The notes below the pieces were generated by a model. It saw only the letters and a program-made list of their open reading frames with translations. It did no database searches and was not told the DNA's origin. Position numbers and translations under genes: made by a program. This document shows positions 37,764-49,779 of a DNA stretch of 64,000 bases, piece by piece. The stretch comes from Chiloscyllium plagiosum. Lineage: Eukaryota. The stretch's first letter is position 1; every line of letters starts with the position of its first letter. Where the stretch lies: assembly GCF_004010195.1 (NCBI RefSeq), contig NC_057749.1, positions 25,149,248-25,213,247 of the forward strand, given 5' to 3'.

Positions 37764-38378
37764 TGTATCCGTCACTCCTGAAGTTGTCTCCTCTACATCG
37801 GAGAAACCAATTGCAGACTCGGGGACTGGCTATCGGAGCGTCTGTGCTCTGTACGCTCCAATCAACAACACTGTCTTGCTGCCAGCCATTCCAACACCCC
37901 CTCCCACTCCCATTGGCGATGTGTCCATCATTGGCCTCCTCCACTGTTAAAATGAGGCCACACGCAAACTGGAGGAACAGCACCTCACACTCCGCCAAGG
38001 GAGCTTACAGCCCAAGGGCCTCAACGTAGAGTTCACCAGCTTCAAATTCTCCCCAGCCCCATCCCATGTCCAACGCTCCCTCTCCTTCCCACCTCCTTGG
38101 CCCGACTTGACCTGTCCATCTTCTTTTTCATCTATCCGCTCCACCAACTGACCAACCACAACAACCCCCTACCTGCATCCACCTATCACCATCCCACCTG
38201 CCCTTCCCCTCACCCTCTGTTTATTTCTGAGCCCCCTTCCCCCTCCCAAATCCTGGTGAAGGGTCCCGACCCGAAACGTCAACTCTCCTGCTCCTCCGAT
38301 GCTGCCTGACCTGCTGTGCCTTTCCAGTGCCACACGGGATTGACTCTGACTTTCAGCATCTGCAGTTCCTCACTCTCC
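37764..38378 (+). mobile_element. Neptune-type PLE 3' part inserted in an HE1 SINE (37630-38515)
   Basis: LLYIGETNCRLGDWLSE...RKLEEQHL...GSLQPKGLNVEFTSFK; TSD CCAAAGGT at 37756-37763 and 38379-38386; hammerhead with a core substitution (CTGGTGA) at 38253-38280. Confidence 0.88.
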
Positions 38379-39099
38379 CCAAAGGTGGGCAGGTTAGGTT
38401 GAATTGGCCATGGGATATGCAAGGCTACAGGGTATGGGAGGGGTGGGTCTGGGTCGGATTCTCTTCGGACCCAATTAGGACAAATGGCCTGCTTTCATAT
38501 TATAGGGATTCTATGAATCCAGTCTACGGTTCTTGTAAGCCATCACCGTACAAACCTGAGCTACAATAGCACTTGTATAACGGAGCAACGACCTTGCCTG
38601 GGTGAAGTTTACATCTGGATTGTAAGGAACCTCCTTGCCCCTTCTCTCTTTGACCTTGTCCTCGGGTGTGTTGGGCCAACTTGGCGTGAAGCTGCAAAAG
38701 GTACTCCTTCATAATCCAACCCCCAAGGGCCCAAGGTTCACAGCAGAGACAGCCAATTTGCGCAGGCCAGCTCCACTTTTGCTACATGAAATGCCTCATA
38801 AAAGCACAATTACACCCTTGTCTGATTGCATTTGTCAACGAGAGCGATTGCCATCTTCTGAGTACAGGACGCATTGGCTGTAAAAATGTGACCAAATTTC
38901 ACCTGACAGGGCAAAATGTGAAGCAGCCTTTTCATTTCAATATCTGGCTGGTATCGATTCTTCGTGTATCGGCGTTCGCTTTCCTACCATCGCTGCTCTC
39001 CATTTATTTGTTGCTGCTTTTATTTTTGCCCATTTTTTTAAATGATGGACAAGATAAATTGAAAGCAGATTTGTTTGAGTCAGCTGTGCTTGGTGTATG

Positions 39100-40990
39100 G
39101 TGTGCCTGTCTCTGATTATCTCAAGGTTCCAAATTCAAGTCCGACTGCAGGATTGAAGCTGAAACAATCAAGGCTGACTCCCCAGTGCAGTACGGTGGGG
39201 GGGTGCTGGCCAGTTGCAGACGCCAATCTGCGGCAAGACTCTGTCTTCCCTCTCAGGTGATCATAAGCGATCACATGTCATGCAGTCATATAGCACATAA
39301 CCAGGCCCTTTGACCCAACTCTTCCAAGCCGACCAGGTTTCCTAAACTGAACTAGGCCTATTTGCCCATATCTCTCTAAACCCTTCCTATTCATGTACCC
39401 ATCCAAACGTCTTTTAAATGCTGTAATTGTACCAGCCTCCACCACTTCCTCTGGCAGCTCATTCCATACGTGCACCACCCCTCTGTGTGAAAAAGTAACC
39501 CCTCATGTCTCTATTAAATCTTCCTCCTCTCACCTTAAACCTATGCTGTCTAGTTCTGGACTCCCCCACCCTGGAGAAAACACCTTGGCTTTTCACCCTA
39601 TCCATGCCCCTCATGATTTTATAAACCTCTATAAGGTCACCCCTCAGCCTCCGACGCTCCAGGGAAAACAACCCTAGCCTGTTCAGCCTCTCTTTATAAC
39701 TCACATCCTCTAGACTCAGTAACATCCTTGTAAATCTTTCTTGCACCCTTTCCAGTTTATTGACATCCTATCTGTAGCAGGGAGACCAGAATTGTGCACA
39801 ATACTTCCAATGTGGCCCTCACTTGATCAGGTGCTGGAGATTTATCTCTCTCTATGCAGCTGAAGGCCTCCAGCACCATCTCTTGTATAATATGGACTCT
39901 TTTCAAGACATCACTATTTATTTACCTGAATTTCCTAGCTTCCATGTCTTTCTCCACAGTAAATACTGATGCGAAATATTCATTTTATGTCTCACCAATC
40001 TCCTGCTGTTCCACGTATAGATGGCCTCACTGACTCTATTCCCTCTGCAGTTTACTCTTTATTCTTGTATACCTCTTTGGATTCTCCTGCACCTTATTTG
40101 CCAAAGCTATTTGATGTCCCCTTTTTGCTCCTTTTTCCTGATTTCCCTCTTAATTGTCCGACAACCCCAATACCTCTCAAGGGATTCCCTTGATCCCAGC
40201 TGTCTTTACTTGACATATGGCTCCTTTTTCTTGACTAGAGCTTCAATATCTCTCGTCATACAGTGATCCCTACTCTTGCCAGACTTTCCCTTCACATTAA
40301 CAGGGACGTCTCATTTTTGAGAACCTCCCTGTTTTCAGATGACCCTCTACCTGCGAACAGCCTCCGCCAGTCAACGTTTGGAAGTTCCTGTCTAATGTCA
40401 TCAAAATTGATCGTGCCCCAATTTAACCTGTGGACCAGGCCAATCCTTTTCCATTAATATTTTAAAACTAATAAGATTATTGTTGCTGGTCCCAACTAAT
40501 ACCTCAGTCACTATTTCGAAAATGAGGAGGGAAATTGCGCCTGGAGTCCTTGCCAATATTTATCCCTCAATCGACATCAGACACCCAGATTATCAAGTCA
40601 TTGCTGTCAGTGGAGCTTGCTGCACACAAATTGGTTTTCTACAATCTCTACCATCGGGGAGAAGCCTGAACGCACTCACCAGCCGCTTTCGTAACGGTTT
40701 CTACTGTTGTTAGAATACTGAACAGACTCACAAACTCTTAACATTCACCTGTACCTGTGTTTTTGTTTTTGCTGCTATTAACCTATTATTTACTATCTAT
40801 GCTACTTAACTCTGTGACCCGCCTGTATCGCTCACAAGACAAAGCTTTTCACTGCGCTTCGGCACACATGACAATAAATTCAATTCAATCTTTCCTACAT
40901 CAAGTGAATTCACTTCAAATCCTCTTCATTGGCTCGAAAGGGCTTTCAAACTTCCAAAGATCTTGAAGAGAGCATAATAAAATAATTCTT
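39100..40990 (+). mobile_element. DeuSINE-like element split by CR1 (39278-40515, minus) and a Rex tail (40640-40890, plus)
   Basis: Head AGGCTGACTCCCCAGTGCAGTAC; resumes at CCAATATTTATCCCTCAA (about 40555) and TTCCTACAT...TCACTTCAAA (about 40890). Confidence 0.55.
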
Positions 40991-41294
40991 CCTTTATACC
41001 TTTACTCGCGTAACCTCAGCACAATTCCTGTTTACACATTCAATCTTTTTCAATCACCTTGGTTTTTAATTCAGAGCCAAGAGAATGGGGCACTTGTCAG
41101 TGTGTCAGATTTGTCTCTGAAGAGATAATTCTTTCCTCAGTTTCAGAAATTTATGGTTCAAGAGCCATTGTTGTGTTTAAAACTAGGCTGTAACATGCAA
41201 ATGGAGTGCAGCACTGTCTATTGGATGTGATGTCCAGCAGCAGTCTTGGTTTCACATTTTATCTGAATGCTCGCACCCATGATAGTGCAAGAGT

Positions 41295-41740
41295 TATGGA
41301 GTCATAGAGATGCACAGCATGGGAACAGACCCTTCGGTCCAACTTGCCCATGCCAACCAGTATCCTAACTAACCTAGTCCTATTTGCTAGCACTTGGCCC
41401 ATATCCATCTAATCCCTTCCTATTCATATACCCATCCAGATGCCTTTTAAATGTTTTAATTGTACCAGCGTCCACCCACTTCCTCCGTGGAGCATCAGCC
41501 TAGGTTTCTATGTTCTGGAGTGAGACTTAAGCCCTTAAAAATATAAAGAGACAATTGGTCCAAAGACGTGCAGGTCAGCTGAATTGGCCATGCTAAATTG
41601 CCCATGAAAAATTGCCCATAGTGTTAAGTACATTAGTCAGAGGGAAATGGGTCTGGGTGGGTTATTCTTCGGAGGGTCAGTGTGAACTTGTTGGGCCGAA
41701 GGGCCTGTGTCCACACTGTAGGGAATCTAATCTAATCTGA
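41295..41740. mobile_element. HER1 tail (minus, 41295-41485) and HE1 3' part (plus, 41557-41738)
   Basis: Similar to other copies in the window. Confidence 0.8.
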
Positions 41741-42769
41741 GCACAGCACTGGATCTGGAACTTGTGATGAACAAAGAATAAGACTCACTTTTTGATAATG
41801 AGGAGCTTGAAGGTTTGAAGCAAGTTGTACTTCAGCCTAGATCCACGTCCACATCAGTTCACCGACACATTTGGCTATGCTTCTGCTTTACTTGTGGTGA
41901 TGTTGTTGGTAATAGTTCTGAAGGAGTTAATATTCATGTCACATTGTGCTCCATCCCAATGTCACAGTGTGTTTGGTTAGAGAGACAGTTGGATTCTGTG
42001 CAATTACCTCAAAGGGGCAGGTGTATTCTCTACAGTCAGTCCTTTGTCACCATGTCTGGCTAGTCATGTTTACGAAAGCCATTGCTATCATGCAATAAAC
42101 TACCTTGCTTTACATAAGACAAATGCTTCGTTCTGTTTAGACTGATGCTGTGATGATAATCAGCAAGTCTGTCATGATAATTGGAAAATTCCTACACTCA
42201 GCACAGAAAAAGGAGTATTTATGGCAGCTAAATACTCCAACTACATGTCAGTACTGAAAATATGACAAGGGCATGACAGATTATATCCTTAGTTCTCCAA
42301 CATGACTGAAGGTTTCATTGGTTTCTAAACCAGGCAGGACCTGGTGGGATGACCATCCTGAGAATAGTGGAGTATTATTGAGATGGTGTTTGACTGGAAA
42401 ACGTTCATGCACTAAGGAACCCTAGAGTCCTTGTACACTTGCCATTGGAAGCCTCAGCCCTTGCAGGGAGAGCATCCTAACTCTGAACACCCCTTATCTT
42501 CACTGCTTCTTAAAAATTTCGTGCCTTTGTGTCTGGCTGGACAGATAGGCTTAGAGTGAGCGAGCACTGTGACAGTGAGATGCAACCTGGTCCAGTCTGT
42601 GAGCTGGGTGCGTGTGTGTCCCTGAGTGCAGGGTGTCGTTGCTGCAACATTACAGTGATAGTGACTGGTGCAGTATTGAAGTGTGGAAGTGTAAAGGGAG
42701 TGGATCAAAGTTTTGTCATGAGGATTCACAGAGACTGGCACAGATTGGGGCTAGGCCAATTTTGATGGA

Positions 42770-43700
42770 ATTAGACAGTAACTAGTGAGAGAATGGGGCA
42801 CCTTAAAGATCTGCGAGGCACTCTGTATGTGGAGCCACAGGAGATGGGTGAGATTCTAAATGAATATTTTGTGTCACTATGGAGAAAGACTTAGAAGCCA
42901 GGAAACTCGGGGAAGTAAATAGTGATATCTTGAAAAGAGTCCACACTACAGAAGAGGAGGTCTTAAAATGCACAAAGGTAGGTAAATCCCTGGAACGTGA
43001 TCAAATGCATGGTCACATTTGGAATATTGCATACAATTCTGGTCACCCTGCTATAGGAAGGATGTTATTAAACTGGAAAGGGTGCACATGAGTAGTATGG
43101 CCAGTTCCTATGGAATATACCATGAGATGTTGGTGTCTGATGGAGGTCCTTTGGTCTGAGTGATAAGCTGAATTCACCAGGTATCTGCTCCAATGTCCAT
43201 GTTGAGTTTTTTCAATATCACGCTCACTTGGCATGTGGATTATTAATGAGGTGACAGGATTGTTAGTCAGACACATGGCAACCAATAGTCAGAGAGTCAT
43301 AGAGATGTACAGCATAGAAACAAACCCTTCAGTCCAACCCGTCCATGCCGACCAGATATCCCAACCCAATCTAGTCCCACCTGCCAGCACCCAGCCAATA
43401 TCCCTCTACACCCTTCCTATTCAATTACCCATCCAGATGCCTTTTAAATGTTGTAACCATACCAGCCTCCACCACTTCCTCTGGCAGCTCATTCCATACA
43501 CGCACCACCCTCTGTGTGAAAAAGTTGCCCCTTAGGTCTCTTTTATATCTTTCCCCTCTCACCCTAAACCTGTGCCCTCTAGTTCTGGACTCCCTCACCC
43601 CAGGGAAAAGACCTTCTGTATTTATCCTATCCATGCCTCTCATGATTTTATAAACCTCTTTAAGGTCACCCCTCGGCCTCTGACGCTCCAGGGAAATTGG
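42770..43700. mobile_element. CR1 fragments (plus 42770-43090, internally deleted; minus 43290-43700)
   Basis: RGDLKEVYKIMRGMDRI...FFTQRVVRVWNELPEEVV. Confidence 0.85.
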
Positions 43701-44189
43701 TAACCTGCCCATTGCCTAGCACGAAACTTGCCACACCACCTGGTAAAAGCAGAAATAATGGAAGAAAAGATACTAGACGTGAAGATGGGTCTCGTCAAAC
43801 TTCTCCCCTGATTCTACCACACGTCTTACCACAGCCCATCTCACTCAGACTCCTGTAAGTCTCTGACCATAATACTTGTGCCAAAGTTCTGTCTTTTGCA
43901 TTATTCATGAACGAGTGTGTACTTGGGGTAAAAGGATGTATAGTTCAAGCTTAAATGTGGTAGCTTAATACTTAATAATCTATCTACTCGTCATTTTTGT
44001 TACTTTTAAGTGTTGATAATAAATAGTTACTTCTGACCTAATCCGGATCACTTCTGAGTTCTGCATTGCATTCAATCAGCTGGCTAAATTGTTCGTTTCT
44101 GGTTTCATTATATTTCTGCGCACTTGTCATCACTTGTGGAACAGTGGGGCTCAGTACACTCTTCCCAACTTGGTTGTCACTAAAAAGTG

Positions 44190-45860
44190 GAGCAGAACAG
44201 AATAATGGACAAAGCTACATCCCTCCCTGATGCGCTCGATGTATTTTACGCTCAGTTCGAACAGAAGGTCAGTGAAACGGTGTCACCCTCCCTGCCAGCC
44301 TTGGATGGACCTGTTCCCTCAGTCACCGTCACAGATTGGCCTGTTCTGAGAGTGAACCCACGGAAAGTGACTGGCCCTGATGGAATCCTGGGCAGTGCTC
44401 TCCCGCGGGTACCAGCTGGTGGGAGTATTCGCCGACATCTGTAACTGCTCCTTACTCCAATTTGAAATCCCCACCTGCTTCAGGAAGACCACCATCATCC
44501 CACTGCCAAAGAAAGCTCACACAGCGTGCCTCAATGATGACCGCCCAGTGGTTCTGACTTCCATCGTTATGAAGGGCTTCGAGAGCTTAGTCATGGCCCA
44601 TATCAACTCTCGCCTTCCAGCCTTCCTTGATTCCTTCCAAGTCGCCTACTGTCGCAACAGCAGATGCCATCTCCCTGGACCTACACTCATCCGTGGGAAA
44701 TCTGGATAACAAGCACACCTACGTTAGGATCCTACATTTTGATTACAGCTCTGCCTTCAACATTATAATTCCAACCAAACTCATTGCCAAATTCCAAGGC
44801 ATAAGTATCTGCTCCACCATCTAACTGGATCCTCACCTTCCTGACCCACAGACTGTAATCAGTGAGGGTAGGCAACAACACCTTCTCCATGATAATCCTT
44901 AACACCAGCACCTCACAAGGCTGTGTACTCAGCCCCTTACTCTCCTCCTTGTACACTCAGGACTAGTGGCCAACTTTGGCCCAATTCCATTCACACATTT
45001 ACTGATGACACCACTGTGTCGGCCAGATCTCAAACAATGACAAGACAGAATACAGGAAAGAGATAGAGTGCTTGGTGGTGTGGAGAAAAGACACCAATCT
45101 CTCTGTCGATGTCAGCAAAATAAAAGAGCTGGTCATTAACTTCAGGAAGCATGGTGGAGGACACTCCCCTATCTACATCAATGGATCTGAGATGGAGATG
45201 GTCAATGGCATCAAGTCCCTAGGAATGATGATCACCAACAATCCCCCTGGACCACCCATGTTGATGCAACAGTCAAAAAAGTACAACAACGCTTTTACGT
45301 TCTCAGGTGGCCAAGGAAATTTGGCATTCCCATAAAGACTCTTGGCAATTTTTATAGATACATCATAGAAAGCAATCTGTCTGGATGCATCACGGCTTGG
45401 GGTAGCAACAGCTCTGCCCAGGACTGTAAGAAACTACAGAGAGTTGTGAACACAGCCCAGTCCATCACACAAACCAACCTTCCATCCATTGACTCCATCT
45501 ACGCTTCCCACTGCCTCAGGAAGGCAGCCAACATCATCAAAGACCCCTCCCACCCCGTTATAATCTCTTCCAAGCTCCTCTGTCGGGCAAAAGATGCAAA
45601 AGCTTAAACACGTGGACCGACAGATTCAAGAACAGCTTCTGTTATTAGACTCCTGAATAGACCACTTAAGTTTTAAATTTAAATGTTGATCTCACTCTTT
45701 GTGCAAGTTCTCTGTGGCCGTAACATTGTCTTCCTCACCTATTCTATTACCCTGATGAACTGTGTATGGTATGATCTGCCTGTACTGCATGCAAAACAAC
45801 ACTTTTCACTGTACCCAGGTACATGTGGCAATATTAAACCAAAGCAAATCAAATCAAACA
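44190..45860 (+). pseudogene. Rex1/Babar LINE, 5'-truncated, decayed RT
   Basis: LPDALDVFYAQFE...GPDGI...CFRKTTIIPLPKK...LNDDRPVVLTSIVMKGFE...YVRILHFDYSSAFNIIIP; (AAATC)n tail; multiple frameshifts. Confidence 0.9.
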
Positions 45861-45983
45861 ATACAAAGATACTCAAACATGTGGATAGCATGCATGGTTT
45901 TCAAAATTATATATGATATACAAATACATACACGATATACAAATGTCTAGATGGGTATACAAGTTAACAAATGCCATATTTGG

Positions 45984-46549
45984 TACAGGTCGTTCTGCTA
46001 TAACGTGCATTTCATTAACGCAAATTTGCTGTAACATGACTAACAAGTTGGGGACACTGTTTCTAAAGAGTGAACGTGTGTTGGCTGTGACACATTTACA
46101 TCACCAACACTTTTAAAGCATGATTTTTCTATAATATGGGGTTGCACAAGAACACAACCATCGCTTTATAGAAGAACGTGTATGGAAATGAGCTGCCAGA
46201 GGAAGTGGTGGAGGCTGGTACAATTGCAACATTTAAGAGGCATCTGGATGGGTATATGAATACGAAGGGTTTGGAGGGATATGGGCCAGGTGCTGGCAGG
46301 TGGGTCTAGAAGTGGAGAGGATCTCCAAGAAGATTGCACATATTGACACAGACATCTGACTATCACCTGATGAAGGAGCGTCGCTCCGAAAGCTAGTGTG
46401 CTTCCAATTAAACCTGTTGGACTATAACCTGGTGTTGTGTGATTTTTAACTTGGGACTAGATTGGGTTGGGATATCTGGTCGGCATAGACGGGTTGGACC
46501 AACGGGTCTGTTTCCATGCTGTACATCTCTATGACTCTATAACTGTCTG
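45984..46549. mobile_element. Tigger-like MITE containing an HER1 tail (46178-46540), which contains a PLE terminus (46311-46451)
   Basis: TA-CAGGTCGTTCTGCTATAA left end; right end TTATAGAAGAAC|TGTCTG-TA split by the insertion; PLE TSD TGGG[TA]CTAGA at 46301-46310 and 46452-46461. Confidence 0.8.
46364..46398 (+). ncRNA. Minimal hammerhead ribozyme motif (family B), core intact
   Basis: CAC-CTGATGA-A-GGAGC-GTC-GCTCC-GAAA-GCTA-GTG; helix I CAC/GTG, 5-bp helix II, AGCT palindrome. Confidence 0.75.
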
Positions 46550-47512
46550 TATTCAAAAGTACAGCTGCTCAACACAGTATACAAGCAAAAAGGTTCTATA
46601 CGTGATACATGGAAGATAGAAATTGGCTCAGAACTGGGAATTGCAAACTCAACTCCCTGGAGCAGGACTTGAACTCAGAACCTTTAAAGCTGACGCTGTA
46701 TTTGAAGCGTTCAGTGCTGGGCTCCGGAGGTTATCTCTAATACCGTTCAATGCTAAACAGTTGGAAAGAATTCCAGTCTCTCATCCATCAAATCATCCAT
46801 CAAATGGGAAGAAAATGAAACTGAATAATGTGCATTGAGTGGAGTCCGGTATTAGGTAACTCAATCTTAGCTACAACTCATGTCAAGCTGAATGGTTCAA
46901 AAGAATAGTTTGAGAAATAAACACACGCCTCGATCTATTTTTCATTTCAACAACTGCCTCATATTTTCCTTTTGTCTTCAGCACCAGATGCAACATTCCC
47001 AAACACTTTTAATTTCTCTCCATCCATGACTAGGAACTTGCTGAAATGAATAATCTTCAGAGAGTTGCAGCGAAACTAGGCTGAGAGGCACTACAAGCAC
47101 GTCCAGGAGAGCTGGTTGGCAGTAGCTGAAAGGAATAAGTGAACGGGGCTCAGCTGAGCATAAAGCCTTTAGTTATGAGAGCGGTTACTCTGTTAACTGA
47201 AACCTCAGTGAGGCAACTTAATAGCCCTAATCAGAAAGAAAGGAGAGATTGTATTTGACGCTATGAAGATCACAATATGATGGCTGTTGAAATTCATGAC
47301 AGACAAAGGTATAACTGAAATGTTTATTTTCATTAAATTCATCGATTCTTCTTTTTTCAAATCACTCCTGGGACATCAGCTTTCATGGTGAGACAGGAAT
47401 TCCCCGGAAAAACCTGTAAAACCAGCCAAGGAGACATCCAAATTGTCTTGTACTCCATAAAACAGAGCTCCAGTAGTTCCAATTCCAAGTATTAGCTTTC
47501 TTTTTAAAATTG

Positions 47513-48120
47513 GAGAGTCATAGAGATGTACAGCAAGGAAACAGACCCTTCGGCCCATCTCATCAATGCTGACCAGATATCCAAAATTAATCTATTCCTA
47601 TTTGCCTGCAATTGGTCCATATCCCTTCCTATTCACGTATCAGTGCAGATGCCTTTTTAATGTTGTCGTTGTACCAGTCTCCTCTGGCAGTTCATTCCAC
47701 ATATGCACCACCCTCTGCATGAAAACTTTGCCCCTTAGGTCCCCTTTTAAACCTTTCTCCTCTCACCTTAAACCTATGCCCTCTAGTTTTGGACTCCACT
47801 ACCCTGGGGAAAAGAGCTTTACTATTCAACCTATCCAAGCCCCTCAAGATTTTATAAACCTCCATATAATGTCACCCTCCATCTCTGATGCACCAGCCTA
47901 TTCAGCCTCTCCGAATAGCTCAAACAATCCGAACCTGGCAACATCTTTGTAAACCTTTTCTGAACCCTGCCCAGTTGAACAACTTCCTTCCTACAGCAGG
48001 GAAACCAGAATTGAACGCAGTATTCCAAAAGTTGCCGAACCAATGTCCTGTACAGCCACAACATGACCTCTTAACTCAACGTACTGCCCAATAATGGCAA
48101 GTCTACCAAACACCTCCTTC
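47513..48120 (-). mobile_element. HER1/CR1 3' fragment
   Basis: LYRTLVRQLLEYCVQFW. Confidence 0.9.
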
Positions 48121-48214
48121 ATGATCCTTAATTGGTCTTTTTCCTCTGGGTTTGTTCCCTGTCCCTAGTTGCCCTGAGGGATGATGTTGAGTCACCTTTT
48201 CAATTAAAAAGTAG

Positions 48215-48470
48215 GAGTGTGATGGCATTGTGGTATTATCACTTCAGTATTTCATCCAGAGACCCAGGGGAACCTGTGTTCAAATCCTGCCATGGCAGAT
48301 GGAGGAATTTGAATACAATAAAAATGTGGAATTAAGAATCTAATGATGACCGTGAAACCATTATCAGGAAAATCCTATCTGGTTCATTAATGTCCTTTAG
48401 GGAAGGAAACTGCCATCCTTACCTGGTCTGGCCTACACGTGACTCCATACCTATGGCAATCTGTGGCATA
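48215..48470 (+). mobile_element. Second tRNA-derived SINE family
   Basis: TGGCATTGTGGT A box and GTTCAAATCC B box; body TAATGTCCTTTAGGGAAGGAAACTGCCATCCTTACCTGG also at 54310-54920 (minus). Confidence 0.7.
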
Positions 48471-48687
48471 GCAAGGCAAAGCAGGGATGCTGTGGATTTG
48501 CAGGTAGGTGCTACTTGAGTGAACTCTACTTGAGTAAGGAACAGCCCCGAGATGCTGTTTGGACCAAGGGCAGGTAAAAGTGCTTGTTGTCCAAAGTGGC
48601 ACCTGGAAGCGTTGTACCAAGGAGAGGTCTCATGAGGGTTCTGAGTGGGTTATCCAATGCCAGCATCCAACAAATCTTCAACATAGG

Positions 48688-49136
48688 ACAGCACAGTGGC
48701 TCAGTGGTTAGCACTACTGTCTCACAGCATCAGGGACCTGGGTTCAATTCCAACCTCAGGCGACTGTCAGTGTGGAGTTTGCACTTTCTCCCCACATCTA
48801 TGTGGGTTTCCTCCGGGTGCTCCGGTTTCCTCCCACAGTCCAAAGATGTGCAGGTTAGATGAATTGGCCATGCTCAATTGCCCCATAGTGTTCAGGGATG
48901 TGTTGATTAGGTGCATAAAGTTTAAAAATCACCCAACACCAGGTTATAGTCCAACAGGTTTAGTTGGAAGCACTAGCTTTCGAACACCGACTCCTCCAAA
49001 TCTAGATTAGGTGCATTAGTTAGGGGTAAATGTAGAGTAATCGTGTAGGGGAATGGGTCTAGGTGGGTGACTCTTCGGAGGGTTAGTGTGGTTTTGTTGG
49101 GCCAAAAGGCCTGTTTCCACGCTGTAAGGATTCTAT
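48688..49136 (+). mobile_element. HE1-type SINE with a tiny PLE insertion (48917-49004)
   Basis: TSD GATTAGGTGCAT at 48905-48916 and 49005-49016. Confidence 0.85.
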
Positions 49137-49452
49137 GGTGAGGAGGAGGCATGCGGTCTAGGCCCACCCGGAGACCTTGTTGCTGGCTATCCAAGATGGC
49201 GGTCCAGAGGAGCAGCTGGAGTCACCCAGGTACCTACTTAGACTTGCGGATTTGGAATTCCGGGCATTGGGATTTCTCTCCGCAACGGCTGTAGGATAGG
49301 AAGCTGTATCGTAATGGAGTAACAGCAAGCATGAATTTGTGCCAACGGGCATCTCACCGCTGCTTGGCAAGAATCTCCGCTCGACAGCTGGAGCTTAGTT
49401 GGAAAATGCAGCGAGTTGCTCCTTCACCCTCTCCAGGGGCTTTCCCAGAATA

Positions 49453-49716
49453 GATGAGAGGAGAAAGATTTAAAAAAGACATGAGAGGCAACTTTTTTAC
49501 ACAGAGGGTGGTTCATGTGGGGAATGAATGTCTAGAGGAAGTGGTGGATGCGTGTACAGTTACAACATTTAAAAGACATTTGGATAAGTGCGTGAATAGA
49601 AAAGATTTTGAAGGATATGGGCCAAGCACAGGCAGGTGGTACTAGTTTAGTTTGGGATTTTAGTCAGCATGGATTGGTTGGACTGAAGGGTCTGTTTCTG
49701 TGCTGTATGATTCTAT
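49453..49716 (+). mobile_element. HER1/CR1 3' end
   Basis: RGNFFTQRVVHV...TFKRHLD; ATTCTATG tail. Confidence 0.88.
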
Positions 49717-49779
49717 GACAATTCCTCAGTTGGAAAGGTAGCTTTATAAGAGATAGGATTTATAATCATCCCAATAGGA

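Noticed and set aside
42250..44185. Possible LTR retrotransposon remnants around the CR1 fragments
   Set aside because: No paired LTRs, PBS/PPT or gag/pol motifs could be verified by eye.
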